This document shows positions 20,260 to 34,027 of a DNA stretch of 64,000 nucleotides, piece after piece. Position numbers and translations under genes: made by a program. The notes beneath the pieces are model-generated. The model did no database searches and had not been told where the DNA came from. It saw only the letters and a list, made by a program, of their open reading frames with translations. Position 1 is the stretch's first letter; every line of letters starts with the position of its first letter. Source of the stretch: an uncultured Acidobacteriota bacterium (GTDB lineage: Bacteria > Acidobacteriota > Vicinamibacteria > Vicinamibacterales > 2-12-FULL-66-21). Location of the stretch: NCBI GenBank assembly GCA_963750475.1, contig CAVVQQ010000003.1, positions 413,698 to 477,697 of the forward strand, written 5' to 3'.

Positions 20260-21227
20260 CTACTGTCGAACTCGTACCGTCAGAGGGGCGGTGAGCCGGA
20301 TGGTGACCGGGGTCCCGGCCGGCAGGCCGACTTCGTCACCCTTCGTCGCCAGAACCACGGCCGTGCCGGTGCCGCCGCCGATGGCCGCCCCCTTGGCCGC
20401 GCCGCTGCCGCCGCCGATGATGCCGCCAATCACGGCGCCGGCGCCGGCGCCGATGCCGATCTTCGTGGCGTCCTTCTGTTTGGTGGCGCGCGACATGCGC
20501 GAGTAGGTCGCGGTGCTGATCGGCTCGCGGGCGGCGTCACCCGGCAGATCGATCGTGTTGAACCGGAACGCGATCGAGGCGCGCCCCTTGACCTTGCCCG
20601 CGGGGTGCGCGCTCGTGACGTGGCCGATGAGCGCGGTGCCGGCGGGCAGCGCCTCGAGGCCGTCGATGCGGACCGCGTGGCGCAGCTTGCCGCGGACCTG
20701 GTCTTCGACGCGGCTGGTGTTGGACGCAATCGGTGACGTGAGCTCGACCGCCAGCGTCGTGCCGGACGGCAGCGTCACCTCGCGGTACTCCGCCGTGCGG
20801 CCGCTGGCGTGCGGCCGTGCCGCGCCCTGCGCGTCGTCAGCCGGCCCGGAGGTCGCCTTGGCGGTGGCGGCCGCGGCGGCGGGGCCGTCCGCGGCGCGCG
20901 GTGCATCGGCCTCGGCGGCATGTACCGTCTCGCCAGCCAGCGGCGCCGCGGCCGCCGCATCCTCCGCCGCCCCGGGGTGTGCAGCGTCGCCGGGAGCGAC
21001 GTCGCCCGCAGCGAAGCGATCTGGGCCCGCGGCACGTTCGTCCGGCTGCCGTCGCGTCCTTCGACGATGACCTGTTCCGGTTTGACCTCGATCAGGCGAC
21101 CCGACACCGACACGCCATCCGTTTTCTCGATCGTCACGTCGCTGCCTTCGGGGACGTCGAGGACCTCTTTCGACGCGCATCCCGCCAGGATGGTGGTCAG
21201 TCCGAGTACAAGCCATAACTTGTTCAT
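20260..21227 (-). CDS. Lipoprotein with Ala/Pro linker and C-terminal glycine-zipper beta domain (one frameshift ~20975)
   Basis: MNKLWLVLGLTTILAGC lipobox with AGGAG SD; C-terminal LPSGTTL..L...IASNTSRVED and GAGAGAVIGGIIGGGSGAAKGAAIGG. Confidence 0.75.
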
Positions 21228-21251
21228 GCGTTTTCTCCTGCCGGGCAGTTG

Positions 21252-21267
21252 TGCAATGGGTGTGCCC
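21252..21267 (-). promoter_or_regulatory. sigma-54 -24/-12 promoter for the lipoprotein gene
   Basis: Minus strand GGGCACACCCATTGCA gives GG-N10-GC with GGCAC and TTGCA, 25 nt before the ATG and divergent from a sigma-54 activator. Confidence 0.75.
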
Positions 21268-21385
21268 AGCCGGACAGGTGCAGGGAATGCGTAAATATGG
21301 ATGAGTTGTGATAGGAATGCCACGCGGCAAGTATAGGGGTGTAAGCCTTACTCACGGGTGTTAGGCTTGAGGTGTAACAAGGTTG

Positions 21386-22795
<1,410 letters not shown>

Positions 22796-22841
22796 CCGGC
22801 GCCGCGGCCGGCCGCCGATCGGCAGACGTGCCGACCGCGTG

Positions 22842-24726
22842 ATGTCCATCAAGGCCAAGCAGGTCGCCGGCGTCACCACCCTCGTGGTGCGTCGTCGTGC
22901 TGGTGCTGAGCGCCTATCACCTGGCGACGCTGGCGCGGCTCAGCCTCGAGGAGACGCCAGTCGCGTGGCGCAGATGCTGTCGCAGCGCGATCTTCCAGCG
23001 CGCCCGCGAGGTCGTCGCCGACGGGGCGCCGACCCCTACGAGGCGCTGCGCGCCGACGGCGGCGCTGCGCTCGATGCTCGAGTCGAGCGTCGGCTACTCG
23101 CGAGAACGTCACCTACGCGGCGATCGTCGACAAGCGACGGCGTCGCCGTGGCGCACGCTCGATCCGTCGCTCGAAGGCCAGCCGCTGCCGCCGAGCGGAG
23201 GACCTCGCGCCGCTGGTCCAGGCCGGCACGATTGCGCAGCTGCGCGCGGTCTACTCCGACCGGACGCTTCGAGATCCGCCAGCCGCTGCTCGCAGGCGAT
23301 CAGCCAGTTCGGCGCGATCCGGATCGGGGTGTCGACGCTGCTCATGCGCAGCGAGCTGCGCAGCGCGCTGCGGAACGCGGCCGGCACGGCGCTGGTGGCG
23401 CTGGCGGTGTCGTCGCTCGTCGCGATGCTGCTGGCGCAGTGGATGCTGCGGCCGATCCACGTCATCCAGAGCGGCCTGACCCGGCTCGGGCGCGGCGAGC
23501 TCGACGTCCGGCTCGACCTGCCGGAGCGAGGAGTTCCGCGATCTCGGCAGCTCGTTCGACGCCGTCAGCCGCAGCTCTCGGCGATGGGCCGCGGCGCCGC
23601 CGAGCCGGGCGCCGGCCTGGTCCGCCAGCGTCGACCGACCTCGAGTCGGTGATGGACAACCTCGAGGACGCGGTGGCGCTGTTCTCGCCGCGCGGCGAGC
23701 TGATGTTCACCAATGCGGCGATGCGCGCTGCTGCACGGCGGCCGCGATCAGCGGCGCTGCCGGCGCAGACACCCGCTGCGCCAGCTGGTCGAGCGGACGC
23801 TGGCGGGGCGCAAGTCGCAGGGGCCGGTGTCGCTGGCGCTGCCGGGGAAGGATGCGCCGGACGGCAGCCAGGAGACGGCCGAGCGGGCCGACCGCCTGGT
23901 CATGAGCCATGCCATCGACCGATGCCGGCGGCCGCTTCGTCGGCGCCATGCTGGTCGCGCGCAACCTCGCGTATCTGAGCCAGGTGCACTCGACGCTCAA
24001 CTACTCGCGCAAGCTGGCGGCGCTCGGCCGGCTGATGGCCGGCGTCGCCCACGAGGTCAAGAATCCGCTGAACGCGATGACCATCCACCTCGAGCTGCTG
24101 AAGCAGAAGCTGTCGCGGCAGCTGGTCGCGGCCGGCAGCGCGCCGGAGGACGGCCCGGCCGGATCGGCGGGCAGGTCGCCGGCCGTCACCAAGCACGTCG
24201 ACGTCATCGCCAAGGAGATCCGGCGGCTCGACGAAGTCGTGGAGGGCTTCCTGAAGTTCGCGCGGCCCGAGGAACTGAAGCTGCAGCCGGTGCAGCCTGG
24301 CGGCGCTCATCTCCGACGTCGCGACCGATCGTCGCGGCCGAGGCCGAGCGCCGCGGCATCACGCTGTCGGTCGATTGTCCGGACCGACCTGCCGCCGATC
24401 AACGCCGATCCGGGCATGCTGCGGCAGGCGCTGCTCAACCTCGCGCTCAACGCCTGCCAGGCGATGCCGGCGGCGGCACGCTCGGATCGGCTGCCGCGCC
24501 GGCGCGCCGGCATCGCGTCGAGGTCGATGTCGAGGATACCGGCGTCGGGATTCCTCCGGAACACCTCGGCCGGATCTTCGACCTGTATTTCACGACCAAG
24601 GAAAAAGGCAGCGGCATCGGCCTGTCGATGGTCTACCGCATCGTCCAGCTGCACGACGGCGAAGTCGAAGTGCAGTCCACGCCGGGGCGCGGAACGCGGT
24701 TCCGGCTGATTTTCCCGCAGGCCTGA
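22842..24726 (+). CDS. Membrane sensor histidine kinase with HAMP domain (multiple frameshifts)
   Basis: Two TM segments, H-box AHEVKNPLNAM, N-box QALLNLALNA, G-boxes EDTGVGI and FTTKEKGSGIGL spread over several frames. Confidence 0.85.
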
Positions 24727-24742
24727 CGCGAGGCATTTGGTG

Positions 24743-25315
24743 ATGACGAAGCTGCTGCTGCTGATCGCCCTGTCGGGTGCCGCCGCCGGGTGCGCCTCCG
24801 CGCAGGCGAAGTCGCCGGCCGATCGCGCGAACCTGGAGGTGCCGCCGGTGCCGCCGCGCGTCCTCGAGGCGCTGCCGGTGCCGGCGCCGCCGCCCGAGCC
24901 GGCCGGCGATCTGCCGCCGGTGGCGGCGTTGCCGGCGCGGCCGCGCCCGACACCGCCGCCGGCGTCTCGCGAGACGGCCAAGACCGACCCGAAAGCCTCC
25001 GACGCGCCGCCTGTCGAACCCCCGGCGGCACCGGCGCCGCCCGCGGCCGCCGCGCCCGCGCCGCAGCTCCGCACGCCGGGCAGCGTCGACGGCGCCGAGG
25101 CCGCCCGGCAGGTGAACGACGTGATCGGCCGGGCGAAGCGCACGCTCGGGGCGATCAACTACCAGCAGCTGTCGTCCGAACGGCGGGCGCAGTACGACAG
25201 CGCCCGGCTGATGATCACGCAGGCGGAAGACGCGGTGAAGGTGTCGAATTTCGAGTTTGCGAAGAATCTGGCCGAAAAAGCCGACCGCCTGGCGACCGAG
25301 ATGAAGGGGCGCTAG
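24743..25315 (+). CDS. Pro-rich lipoprotein with helical C-terminal domain
   Basis: MTKLLLLIALSGAAAGC lipobox-like signal; Pro/Ala linker; follows the kinase gene. Confidence 0.7.
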   Translation: MTKLLLLIALSGAAAGCASAQAKSPADRANLEVPPVPPRVLEALPVPAPPPEPAGDLPPVAALPARPRPTPPPASRETAKTDPKASDAPPVEPPAAPAPPAAAAPAPQLRTPGSVDGAEAARQVNDVIGRAKRTLGAINYQQLSSERRAQYDSARLMITQAEDAVKVSNFEFAKNLAEKADRLATEMKGR

Positions 25316-25410
25316 CTCATCGGGAGATGTCCGCCCCTCTTCGGCCTTCGGAAAGACGGCGCCCGAAAATTTAGGTCGTTCAGAAGAAGGCCGCGTCATT
25401 CCGTGCAAAA

Positions 25411-25458
25411 TGTCAATATCTTGCGCGTGACCTAATTCGAAGGCACAATATCTGGTAG
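25411..25458 (+). promoter_or_regulatory. Tandem NrdR boxes
   Basis: TGTCAATATCTTGCGC (25411-25426) and GCACAATATCTGGTAG (25443-25458), 32 bp apart, resemble the NrdR consensus acaCwAtATaTwGtgt and lie upstream of an RNR gene. Confidence 0.85.
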
Positions 25459-25466
25459 ATCCGCCC

Positions 25467-25495
25467 TTGACAACCAGGTGCACAGGGTCCATATT
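25467..25495 (+). promoter_or_regulatory. sigma-70 promoter of nrdJ
   Basis: TTGACA-17 bp-CATATT. Confidence 0.75.
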
Positions 25496-25501
25496 CGTCT
25501 G

Positions 25502-25684
25502 CCAGCGCGAACAGACCTGACCGGGGACTTCCCAGCCCTCGACAGCAGCCGGGCGAATCAGCGATAACACGTTATTGCGCAGGTTGTTCCCTGCATTGCT
25601 GAGGACCGGTGCGGGGTCTCGCCGCGCGTTCAGAAATCTTATTTCAGGGTTCGGGCCTGGGGGTCTGGTCCGGACTCGCGTTTC
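25502..25684 (+). ncRNA. Candidate structured 5' leader RNA of nrdJ (unassigned family)
   Basis: Nested complementary segments spanning the whole promoter-to-SD interval (see findings). Confidence 0.5.
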
Positions 25685-25694
25685 GGAGGGGAAG

Positions 25695-28503
<2,809 letters not shown>

Positions 28504-28516
28504 GTCCTGCCCCGAG

Positions 28517-28548
28517 TGGCGGAGAGGGTGAGTCCACCCTCTCCGCCA
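28517..28548 (+). terminator. GC-rich hairpin after nrdJ
   Basis: TGGCGGAGAGGGTG-AGTC-CACCCTCTCCGCCA perfect 14-bp stem; no U tract. Confidence 0.6.
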
Positions 28549-28759
28549 GATCGAAGTCATCCAAAAGACCATAGGCCTGCTGGTTGCGCACGGTTTCGTG
28601 TGCGACCGCCTCGAAGGCCGTGCCCCGGTCTTCAGTCCATGAGCGACGTCAGTTCGAAGCGTTGCTGCGAACCCGCCGAACACGGCGTGTTCTGTAAAAT
28701 CAGGAGCATCAAAAGTGGACGAGTCGCGGCTGGCGCTCGTTTGCCGTCGCGGCCAGCTA

Positions 28760-29242
28760 TTACCGGGTCAGTTCGATCGTCCCGCTCGAGACCACCGTGC
28801 AGTTGAGCGTGACATAAATCCCTGTCATCCGTCCGCCGCTCACGGTCGTGTTCAACCGGTACGGGCACAACGTTGGCGCGCCGGGCGTCAGGGTCATCGC
28901 GACGAGGGCGTCCACGATTCCACCCGTCAGCGAGCCGCTGCCAGGGCCCTCGGGGCCGCCGATGCTCCAGGTCGCCGCACGCCGCCACCTCCATGTGGGA
29001 ATATGGCTGCAGGCTGTAGCACGAGTGTCCGCGGGGGAGGCCGCCGCCGCGGCACGCGCGCCGAGGACGTTTACAACAGCGGCAGCCCATCCGCGCCAGC
29101 ACCCGGAGCACAATCCGGCGCCAATGCCTACCCGGCATTGACTCCCCTGGACGCGCTGCACGAGAATGCTTCGCCTGATGCCGACCGCCGCCATCGTTGC
29201 CCTGCTGTCAACCTGCTCGTTGCTGCCGCTGTTCGCCGGCAC
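28760..29242 (-). CDS. Hypothetical protein or remnant; only the C-terminal ~70 aa look protein-like
   Basis: C-terminus is beta-strand rich with two Cys (CPY...NC); N-terminus overlaps the opposite-strand gene and is not credible. Confidence 0.3.
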   Translation of the reverse strand: MPANSGSNEQVDSRATMAAVGIRRSILVQRVQGSQCRVGIGAGLCSGCWRGWAAAVVNVLGARAAAAASPADTRATACSHIPTWRWRRAATWSIGGPEGPGSGSLTGGIVDALVAMTLTPGAPTLCPYRLNTTVSGGRMTGIYVTLNCTVVSSGTIELTR

Positions 29243-30785
29243 CGCGACGGCTCAGGAGAAGCTGACGCCCGGCATCGTCGCCCAGCTCGTCGAGCCGAAG
29301 AACGCAACGGACCGTGCGACCCTGGCATCCGCGATAGACGACCCCGACCCGGCGGTGCGGGCGGTCGCGGCCCGGGTCGCCGGTCTGCTGAGCCGGTCCG
29401 ATATGGCGGCTCGACTCGACGCGCTGCTCGAGACCGAGGCGGACCCGATCGCGGCAAGCGAGCAGCTGCGCGCGCTGCTGTATTTGCGCGGAGCGGACGC
29501 GCTGCCGCACGCCAGGGCCGCGGCGGCTCGACTGGGGACGGCGGCGCGGGCGACGCTGGCCGAATGGGTCGGCCGGACCCGTCCGGATCTGTTTGCCGAA
29601 TCGCTGCGCGACTTCATCGGCAGCACGCCCGATCGGCAGGCGGGCGTTTTTGGCGACATCAGCGCAATGGTGATCCGGCAATCCCCGCCGGTGCGCACCG
29701 AGGTGGCGCGAGGCCTTGCGGCGTTCGCCTCGGAGCAGGCGTGGCTCCACTTCCTGCACCGCCTGGATTTCGACATCGATGCGGCCGTTCTCGAGGCGGG
29801 CCTGGTCTCGCCGGTGGCTGCGGTCCGCGAGCGGACCTGGTGGTCGGCGCTGACGGACCCCGTCATCGGCAGGCAGATCGCGCCAGACGCACTGCGCAGG
29901 CTCGTCGAGGCGTCCGCGCCATCGCCACAGGATTCCGAATGGGCGGTGCTCGGCAGAGAACTGCTCGCTCGACGCACCGGCAGAGGCCCGTCCCTCGATG
30001 GATCGGGAACCTTCGCCCGCAGCACGCCTCGTCGTCAGCATGAAATCGCCGCGGTCGTCGACGCACCGGAGTTGACCAGGAACGAACGGGCCGCCGCACG
30101 CGCCGTTCTGACGAACGGCTTGTCGCCCCAGGGCAAGGGGACGCCGGCGAAGGTCCGGGGAGAGGAGCGCCGCTCAGTGCAGACGACGCGGACGTTCGCG
30201 CCGGTTGTGCCGGGCCTGCTCCGGTCCCTGTTCGCGGCGATCGGCTGTCCGGCCAGCACATCGACCGATGTCTACGGTGCGGCGCGGATTACATACCAGC
30301 GGGACGGACGTCCGCGGGGCATTGCGATGGATGTCGGCACGCTGGGCGCGTCGTGCATGCCGGTGCCGAAGCTTCTGGCGATGCTGACGGTCGCGGACCC
30401 GGACGTGCCGGTGATCGACGGCGAGACGCAATGGCTGCTGCTGCCGATGCACGCCGATGCCGTCACCTGCCTCGATGCGGGCCGGGATACGGAGCCAGTG
30501 GACCTGGCGGACGGGGAGCTGACGGTCCCATCCAAGCTCAAGGATGTCCGGCCGGTCTATCCCGAGGCGATGCTCAAGGCGCGGCAGACAGGAACCGTCA
30601 AGATCGAGGCAGTGATCACTTCCGCCGGCTGCGTCGGTCAGGCCGAGGTGACACGCAGCGTCGCCCCGTCAATGGATGCGTCGGCGCTTCGAGCCGTCAC
30701 GTTGTGGCGCTTCGCACCGACACTGCTTGATGGCAAAGCGGTGCCGATCCGGATGACAGTGACCGTGAACTTCGACGTCCAGTGA
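29166..30785 (+). CDS. TonB C-terminal domain protein with N-terminal HEAT-like helical region
   Basis: Signal peptide; DPDPAVRAVAA HEAT-like motif; C-terminal PVYPEA...GTVKIEAVI...G.V...DASALRAV..WRFAP...GKAV. Confidence 0.8.
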   Translation: MLRLMPTAAIVALLSTCSLLPLFAGTATAQEKLTPGIVAQLVEPKNATDRATLASAIDDPDPAVRAVAARVAGLLSRSDMAARLDALLETEADPIAASEQLRALLYLRGADALPHARAAAARLGTAARATLAEWVGRTRPDLFAESLRDFIGSTPDRQAGVFGDISAMVIRQSPPVRTEVARGLAAFASEQAWLHFLHRLDFDIDAAVLEAGLVSPVAAVRERTWWSALTDPVIGRQIAPDALRRLVEASAPSPQDSEWAVLGRELLARRTGRGPSLDGSGTFARSTPRRQHEIAAVVDAPELTRNERAAARAVLTNGLSPQGKGTPAKVRGEERRSVQTTRTFAPVVPGLLRSLFAAIGCPASTSTDVYGAARITYQRDGRPRGIAMDVGTLGASCMPVPKLLAMLTVADPDVPVIDGETQWLLLPMHADAVTCLDAGRDTEPVDLADGELTVPSKLKDVRPVYPEAMLKARQTGTVKIEAVITSAGCVGQAEVTRSVAPSMDASALRAVTLWRFAPTLLDGKAVPIRMTVTVNFDVQ

Positions 30786-30907
30786 CGCCGTCGCCGCTGG
30801 CTGCGGTCAGCGGCTGGATGCCGAGCCTCTCGAGCGCGCCGTCTTCAGAAACGACCGCACGTCTGCCGGCTCTTGTCGGGCCAGCAGCTCGGCGAATCCC
30901 GGTGGCA

Positions 30908-31294
30908 TCACCCCAGGTACTCCGTTCCGGCTTCCACGAAGCAGAGCGGATTGCCCCAGGGATCATTGGCGTAGAACGAGCGCTCCCCCCATGGCTTGAC
31001 GCTGACGTCGCCCCCCTTCAGGCCATGCACGAGCTCCTGCGACAGCGCACCTGCCGCCGCTGCGCGGGCATGTATAGCGTCCAGCTCCGCCGTCGAGAAA
31101 TAGAGCGCCTTCGCGGCCGGATGCGGCGCCGGCACGCCGACGACCTGAAGCACGATGGCACCGGCGTTGATGTAGAAGCGATTGCCCGCCTGGCCGCGGC
31201 CTGGTTCGCCCAGCAGCTCTTCGTAGAAGCGCCTGGCTGCGGCGAGATCCCCGACCTCGATGTTCAACCGAAACAGTCGCGGTCCGTCCGCCAT
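30908..31294 (-). CDS. VOC/glyoxalase family protein
   Basis: V.DLAAARRFYEELLG and PWGERSFYANDPWGN. Confidence 0.88.
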   Translation of the reverse strand: MADGPRLFRLNIEVGDLAAARRFYEELLGEPGRGQAGNRFYINAGAIVLQVVGVPAPHPAAKALYFSTAELDAIHARAAAAGALSQELVHGLKGGDVSVKPWGERSFYANDPWGNPLCFVEAGTEYLG

Positions 31295-31298
31295 CACC

Positions 31299-31604
31299 TC
31301 ACCCCGTTTCCTTGAAGAACCACGCGAGCCAATCACGCGCCAGTTCGAGCTTCTTCCTGTCAATCCGATAGAGGCGCTCCCGGCCGCGGCGCTCGTGCCG
31401 GAGCACGCCGGCCTGTTCGAGCACCCGGAGGTGCCGGGTTGTCGTTGGCCACGCGTGTTTGAACAGCGCCGCAATCCGGCCCGACGACATCTGGCCCCCC
31501 TCGAAATTGAGCGTCATCAAAATGAGGCGTCGGGTGGGATGCGCAAGCGCAAGGAACACGGCCTCGTATGCACCCTGCGCAGCGGCTGTGGGTTTCTTCG
31601 CCAC
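31299..31604 (-). CDS. ArsR/SmtB family transcriptional regulator
   Basis: VFLALAHPTRRLIL...TRHLRVLEQAGV...RRGRERLY. Confidence 0.9.
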   Translation of the reverse strand: MAKKPTAAAQGAYEAVFLALAHPTRRLILMTLNFEGGQMSSGRIAALFKHAWPTTTRHLRVLEQAGVLRHERRGRERLYRIDRKKLELARDWLAWFFKETG

Positions 31605-31625
31605 TCACTCTCCGGGTCGGGTCAT

Positions 31626-31654
31626 TAATTAGCGTACTCGCTAAGTGTTGTCAA
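31626..31654 (-). promoter_or_regulatory. Promoter with palindromic operator for arsR-like gene
   Basis: Minus-strand TTGACA (31654-31649) and AT-rich -10 region; TTAGCG-TACT-CGCTAA palindrome (31629-31644) in the spacer. Confidence 0.65.
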
Positions 31655-31783
31655 CAACGCAACCGAAGTCGACGCTCGAAGCGGCGATTGCGCACCTCAA
31701 CCAGATGTACCGAGATGCCGAGTAGCATCCTGGCGGGTCTCTGGCATACGCTTGTTCCCCTGGACATTCAGCGGAGGGAACAC

Positions 31784-33007
31784 ATGAACACGTTGATGCA
31801 GACGACCCTGCTCCTGGCCCTGGCGTCGGCCCCCGCAGGCGCCCAGACGAATGCCGGCGACCAGAAGCCGGAAGCATCCCTGCCGTTCACCATGACGCAG
31901 GTGGCGACGTTCAACCTGCCCTGGCGCATCGCCTTCCTGCCCGACGGCCGCATGCTGATCACCGAGAAGGCGGGGCGGTCTGGCTGGTGACGCAGAAGGG
32001 CGAGAAGACGCCGGTCGCGAACGTGCCGGCGGTGCTCGCACCAGGGGCAGGGCGGCATGCTGGGCGTCTTCCTGTCGCCGCACTACGCCACCGACCACAA
32101 CGTCTACCTGACCTACTGCGGAACCCGGGCGACGGCGGCTCGAGCCTGGCGCTGGCCCGGGCGCGGCTGGCGCTGGGCGAAGGCACCGCCAGCCTCGACG
32201 GGCTGGAGGTGCTCTGGCGCGAGATGCCCAAGGGCAAGGGCGGCCAGTTCGGCGCGCCGATCGCCTTCTCGCCCGACGGCCAGTATCTGTTCCTGACCGT
32301 CGGCGAGCGCCAGCGCATGACGCCCGCCCAGGATCCCGACCAGGCGCTCGGCAAGATCCTGCGCCTGACGCTCGACGGCAAGCCCGCCCCGGGCAATCCG
32401 CTGGCGGGCAAGACCGGTGCGGCGAGCGTCCCGCTGATCGATCCGCCGCGCGACACGGAGCTGGCCAAGACGGCGCCGGTCGTCAGCACCTACACCTTCC
32501 CCGGCCCGAACCTGGCGCCGGCGGAAACCTGGAGCACCGGTCACCGCACCCCCTACGGCCTGGCCTTCGCACCCGACGGCCGGCTGTGGGAGGTCGAGCA
32601 CGGCCCCCGCGGCGGCGACGAGCTGAACCTGATCGAGCCGGGCAAGAACTACGGCTGGCCGCTGGTCTCCTACGCCACCAACTACAACGGCGTGCCGATC
32701 CCCAGCCCGGACACGCGGCCCGATCTCGCCAAGCCGGTGATCTACTGGACGCCGGTGATCGCGCCGGGCAACCTGACCTTCTACACCGGCAGCGATGTTC
32801 CCGCAGTGGCAGGGCTCGGCGCTCATCGGCGGCCTGGCCACGCAGTCGCTCAGCCGCATCACGTTCGACGGCAAGGGCGGCGCCACGCCCGCCGAGCGCT
32901 GGGCTGTCGGCCACCGCATCCGCGACGTCGAGGTCGCGCCCGACGGCGCGCTGTGGATGCTCGAGGACGCCAATCCCGGCGGGCTGTTCCGCGTGACGCC
33001 GAAGTAG
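31784..33007 (+). CDS. PQQ-dependent soluble sugar dehydrogenase (GSDH/YliI-like; frameshifts)
   Basis: Signal peptide, PWRIAFLPDGRML, GKILRL, GHRTPYGL, EHGPRGGDELN, NYGWP, RIRDV..APDG. Confidence 0.9.
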
Positions 33008-33020
33008 CGGTCGATCCGAG

Positions 33021-33386
33021 ATGACCGCGGCCGATTTCCGGCGCATCGCCCTGAGCTTCGCCGGCGCCGAAGAAGGCTCGCACATGGGCGCGGTGGATTT
33101 TCGCGTCGGCGGCCGCATCTTCGCCACGCTGGCGTCGGTGAAGGACGGCTTCGGCAACCTGATGCTGACCCCGGAGATCCAGGCGGGATTCGTCGCCGAC
33201 GCACCCGAGCTGTTCATCCCGGTCGCGGGCGGCTGGGGACGGATGGGAGCCACCCACATTCAACTCGCCAAAGCGGACCGTGACGTCCTGACGGGCGCCT
33301 TGCAGACGGCGTGGCGGCTCCGCGTCGAGAAGAATGCTACCGGCAAGTCACGTGGCGCCGGACGTCGGTCAGGCCGCACGCCCTAG
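33021..33386 (+). CDS. MmcQ/YjbR family protein
   Basis: FRRIALSF..AEE..H...DFRVGGRIFATL, GGWGRMGAT. Confidence 0.8.
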   Translation: MTAADFRRIALSFAGAEEGSHMGAVDFRVGGRIFATLASVKDGFGNLMLTPEIQAGFVADAPELFIPVAGGWGRMGATHIQLAKADRDVLTGALQTAWRLRVEKNATGKSRGAGRRSGRTP

Positions 33387-33454
33387 GAGGAGCCGGCCGG
33401 CAGACGCTGGCGGCGAGTAGCAGGTTGCGGGCGGACACTGGAGGGATCGGTCAC

Positions 33455-34027
33455 ATGTGGATCATGATCATCGCCGCGGCGGCCATCGCCGCGGTCTATT
33501 TCTGGTACGTGGCCATCATCACCCGGCGCAACAAGGTGCAGGAGGCGTTGAGCTCGGTCGCTGTGCATCTCAACCAGCGCCACGACCTGATCCCCAACAT
33601 CGTCGCGCTCGCCGGGCGCTACATGGAGCACGAGCGCGCGCTGCTCACGGAGGTGACCCGGCTGCGAGAGCAGGCGCAGACGACGACACCGGGCAACCCC
33701 GCCGACGCGGCCAGGCGTTTTGCGCTCGAGGGGGAACTGGGGCAGCGCGTCGGCCAAGTGATGGTCGGCATGGAGGCCTATCCGGAGCTGAAGGCGGATC
33801 GCCCAGTCATGGAGGCGCAGCGCACCTGGACGGAGACAGAAGCGCAAATCACGGCATCGCGGCGTTTTTACAACGCCGCGGTGAATCAGCTCAACAACGC
33901 CATCCAGATCTTCCCCGGCTCAATCATCGCGGCCGTCGCGGGCGTGGCGGCGATGCCATTCTTCGAGGCGCCGGCAGAGGCGCACGTGGCGCCCACCGTG
34001 GACGGCATCCTCGGCCGCACGACATGA
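33455..34027 (+). CDS. lemA: LemA family protein
   Basis: N-terminal TM, QRHDLIPN, YMEHER, EAYPELKAD, RRFYNAAV..LN..IQIFP. Confidence 0.93.
   Translation: MWIMIIAAAAIAAVYFWYVAIITRRNKVQEALSSVAVHLNQRHDLIPNIVALAGRYMEHERALLTEVTRLREQAQTTTPGNPADAARRFALEGELGQRVGQVMVGMEAYPELKADRPVMEAQRTWTETEAQITASRRFYNAAVNQLNNAIQIFPGSIIAAVAGVAAMPFFEAPAEAHVAPTVDGILGRTT

Noticed and set aside
25502-25694. Cobalamin riboswitch upstream of B12-dependent nrdJ
   Set aside because: No GCCACTG or B12-box, and no GGGAA...GTG.AA.TCC core seen; kept only as an unassigned structured leader
31742-31756. sigma-54 promoter before the PQQ dehydrogenase (TGGCATACGCTTGT)
   Set aside because: Spacing is one base short and the -12 GC is missing
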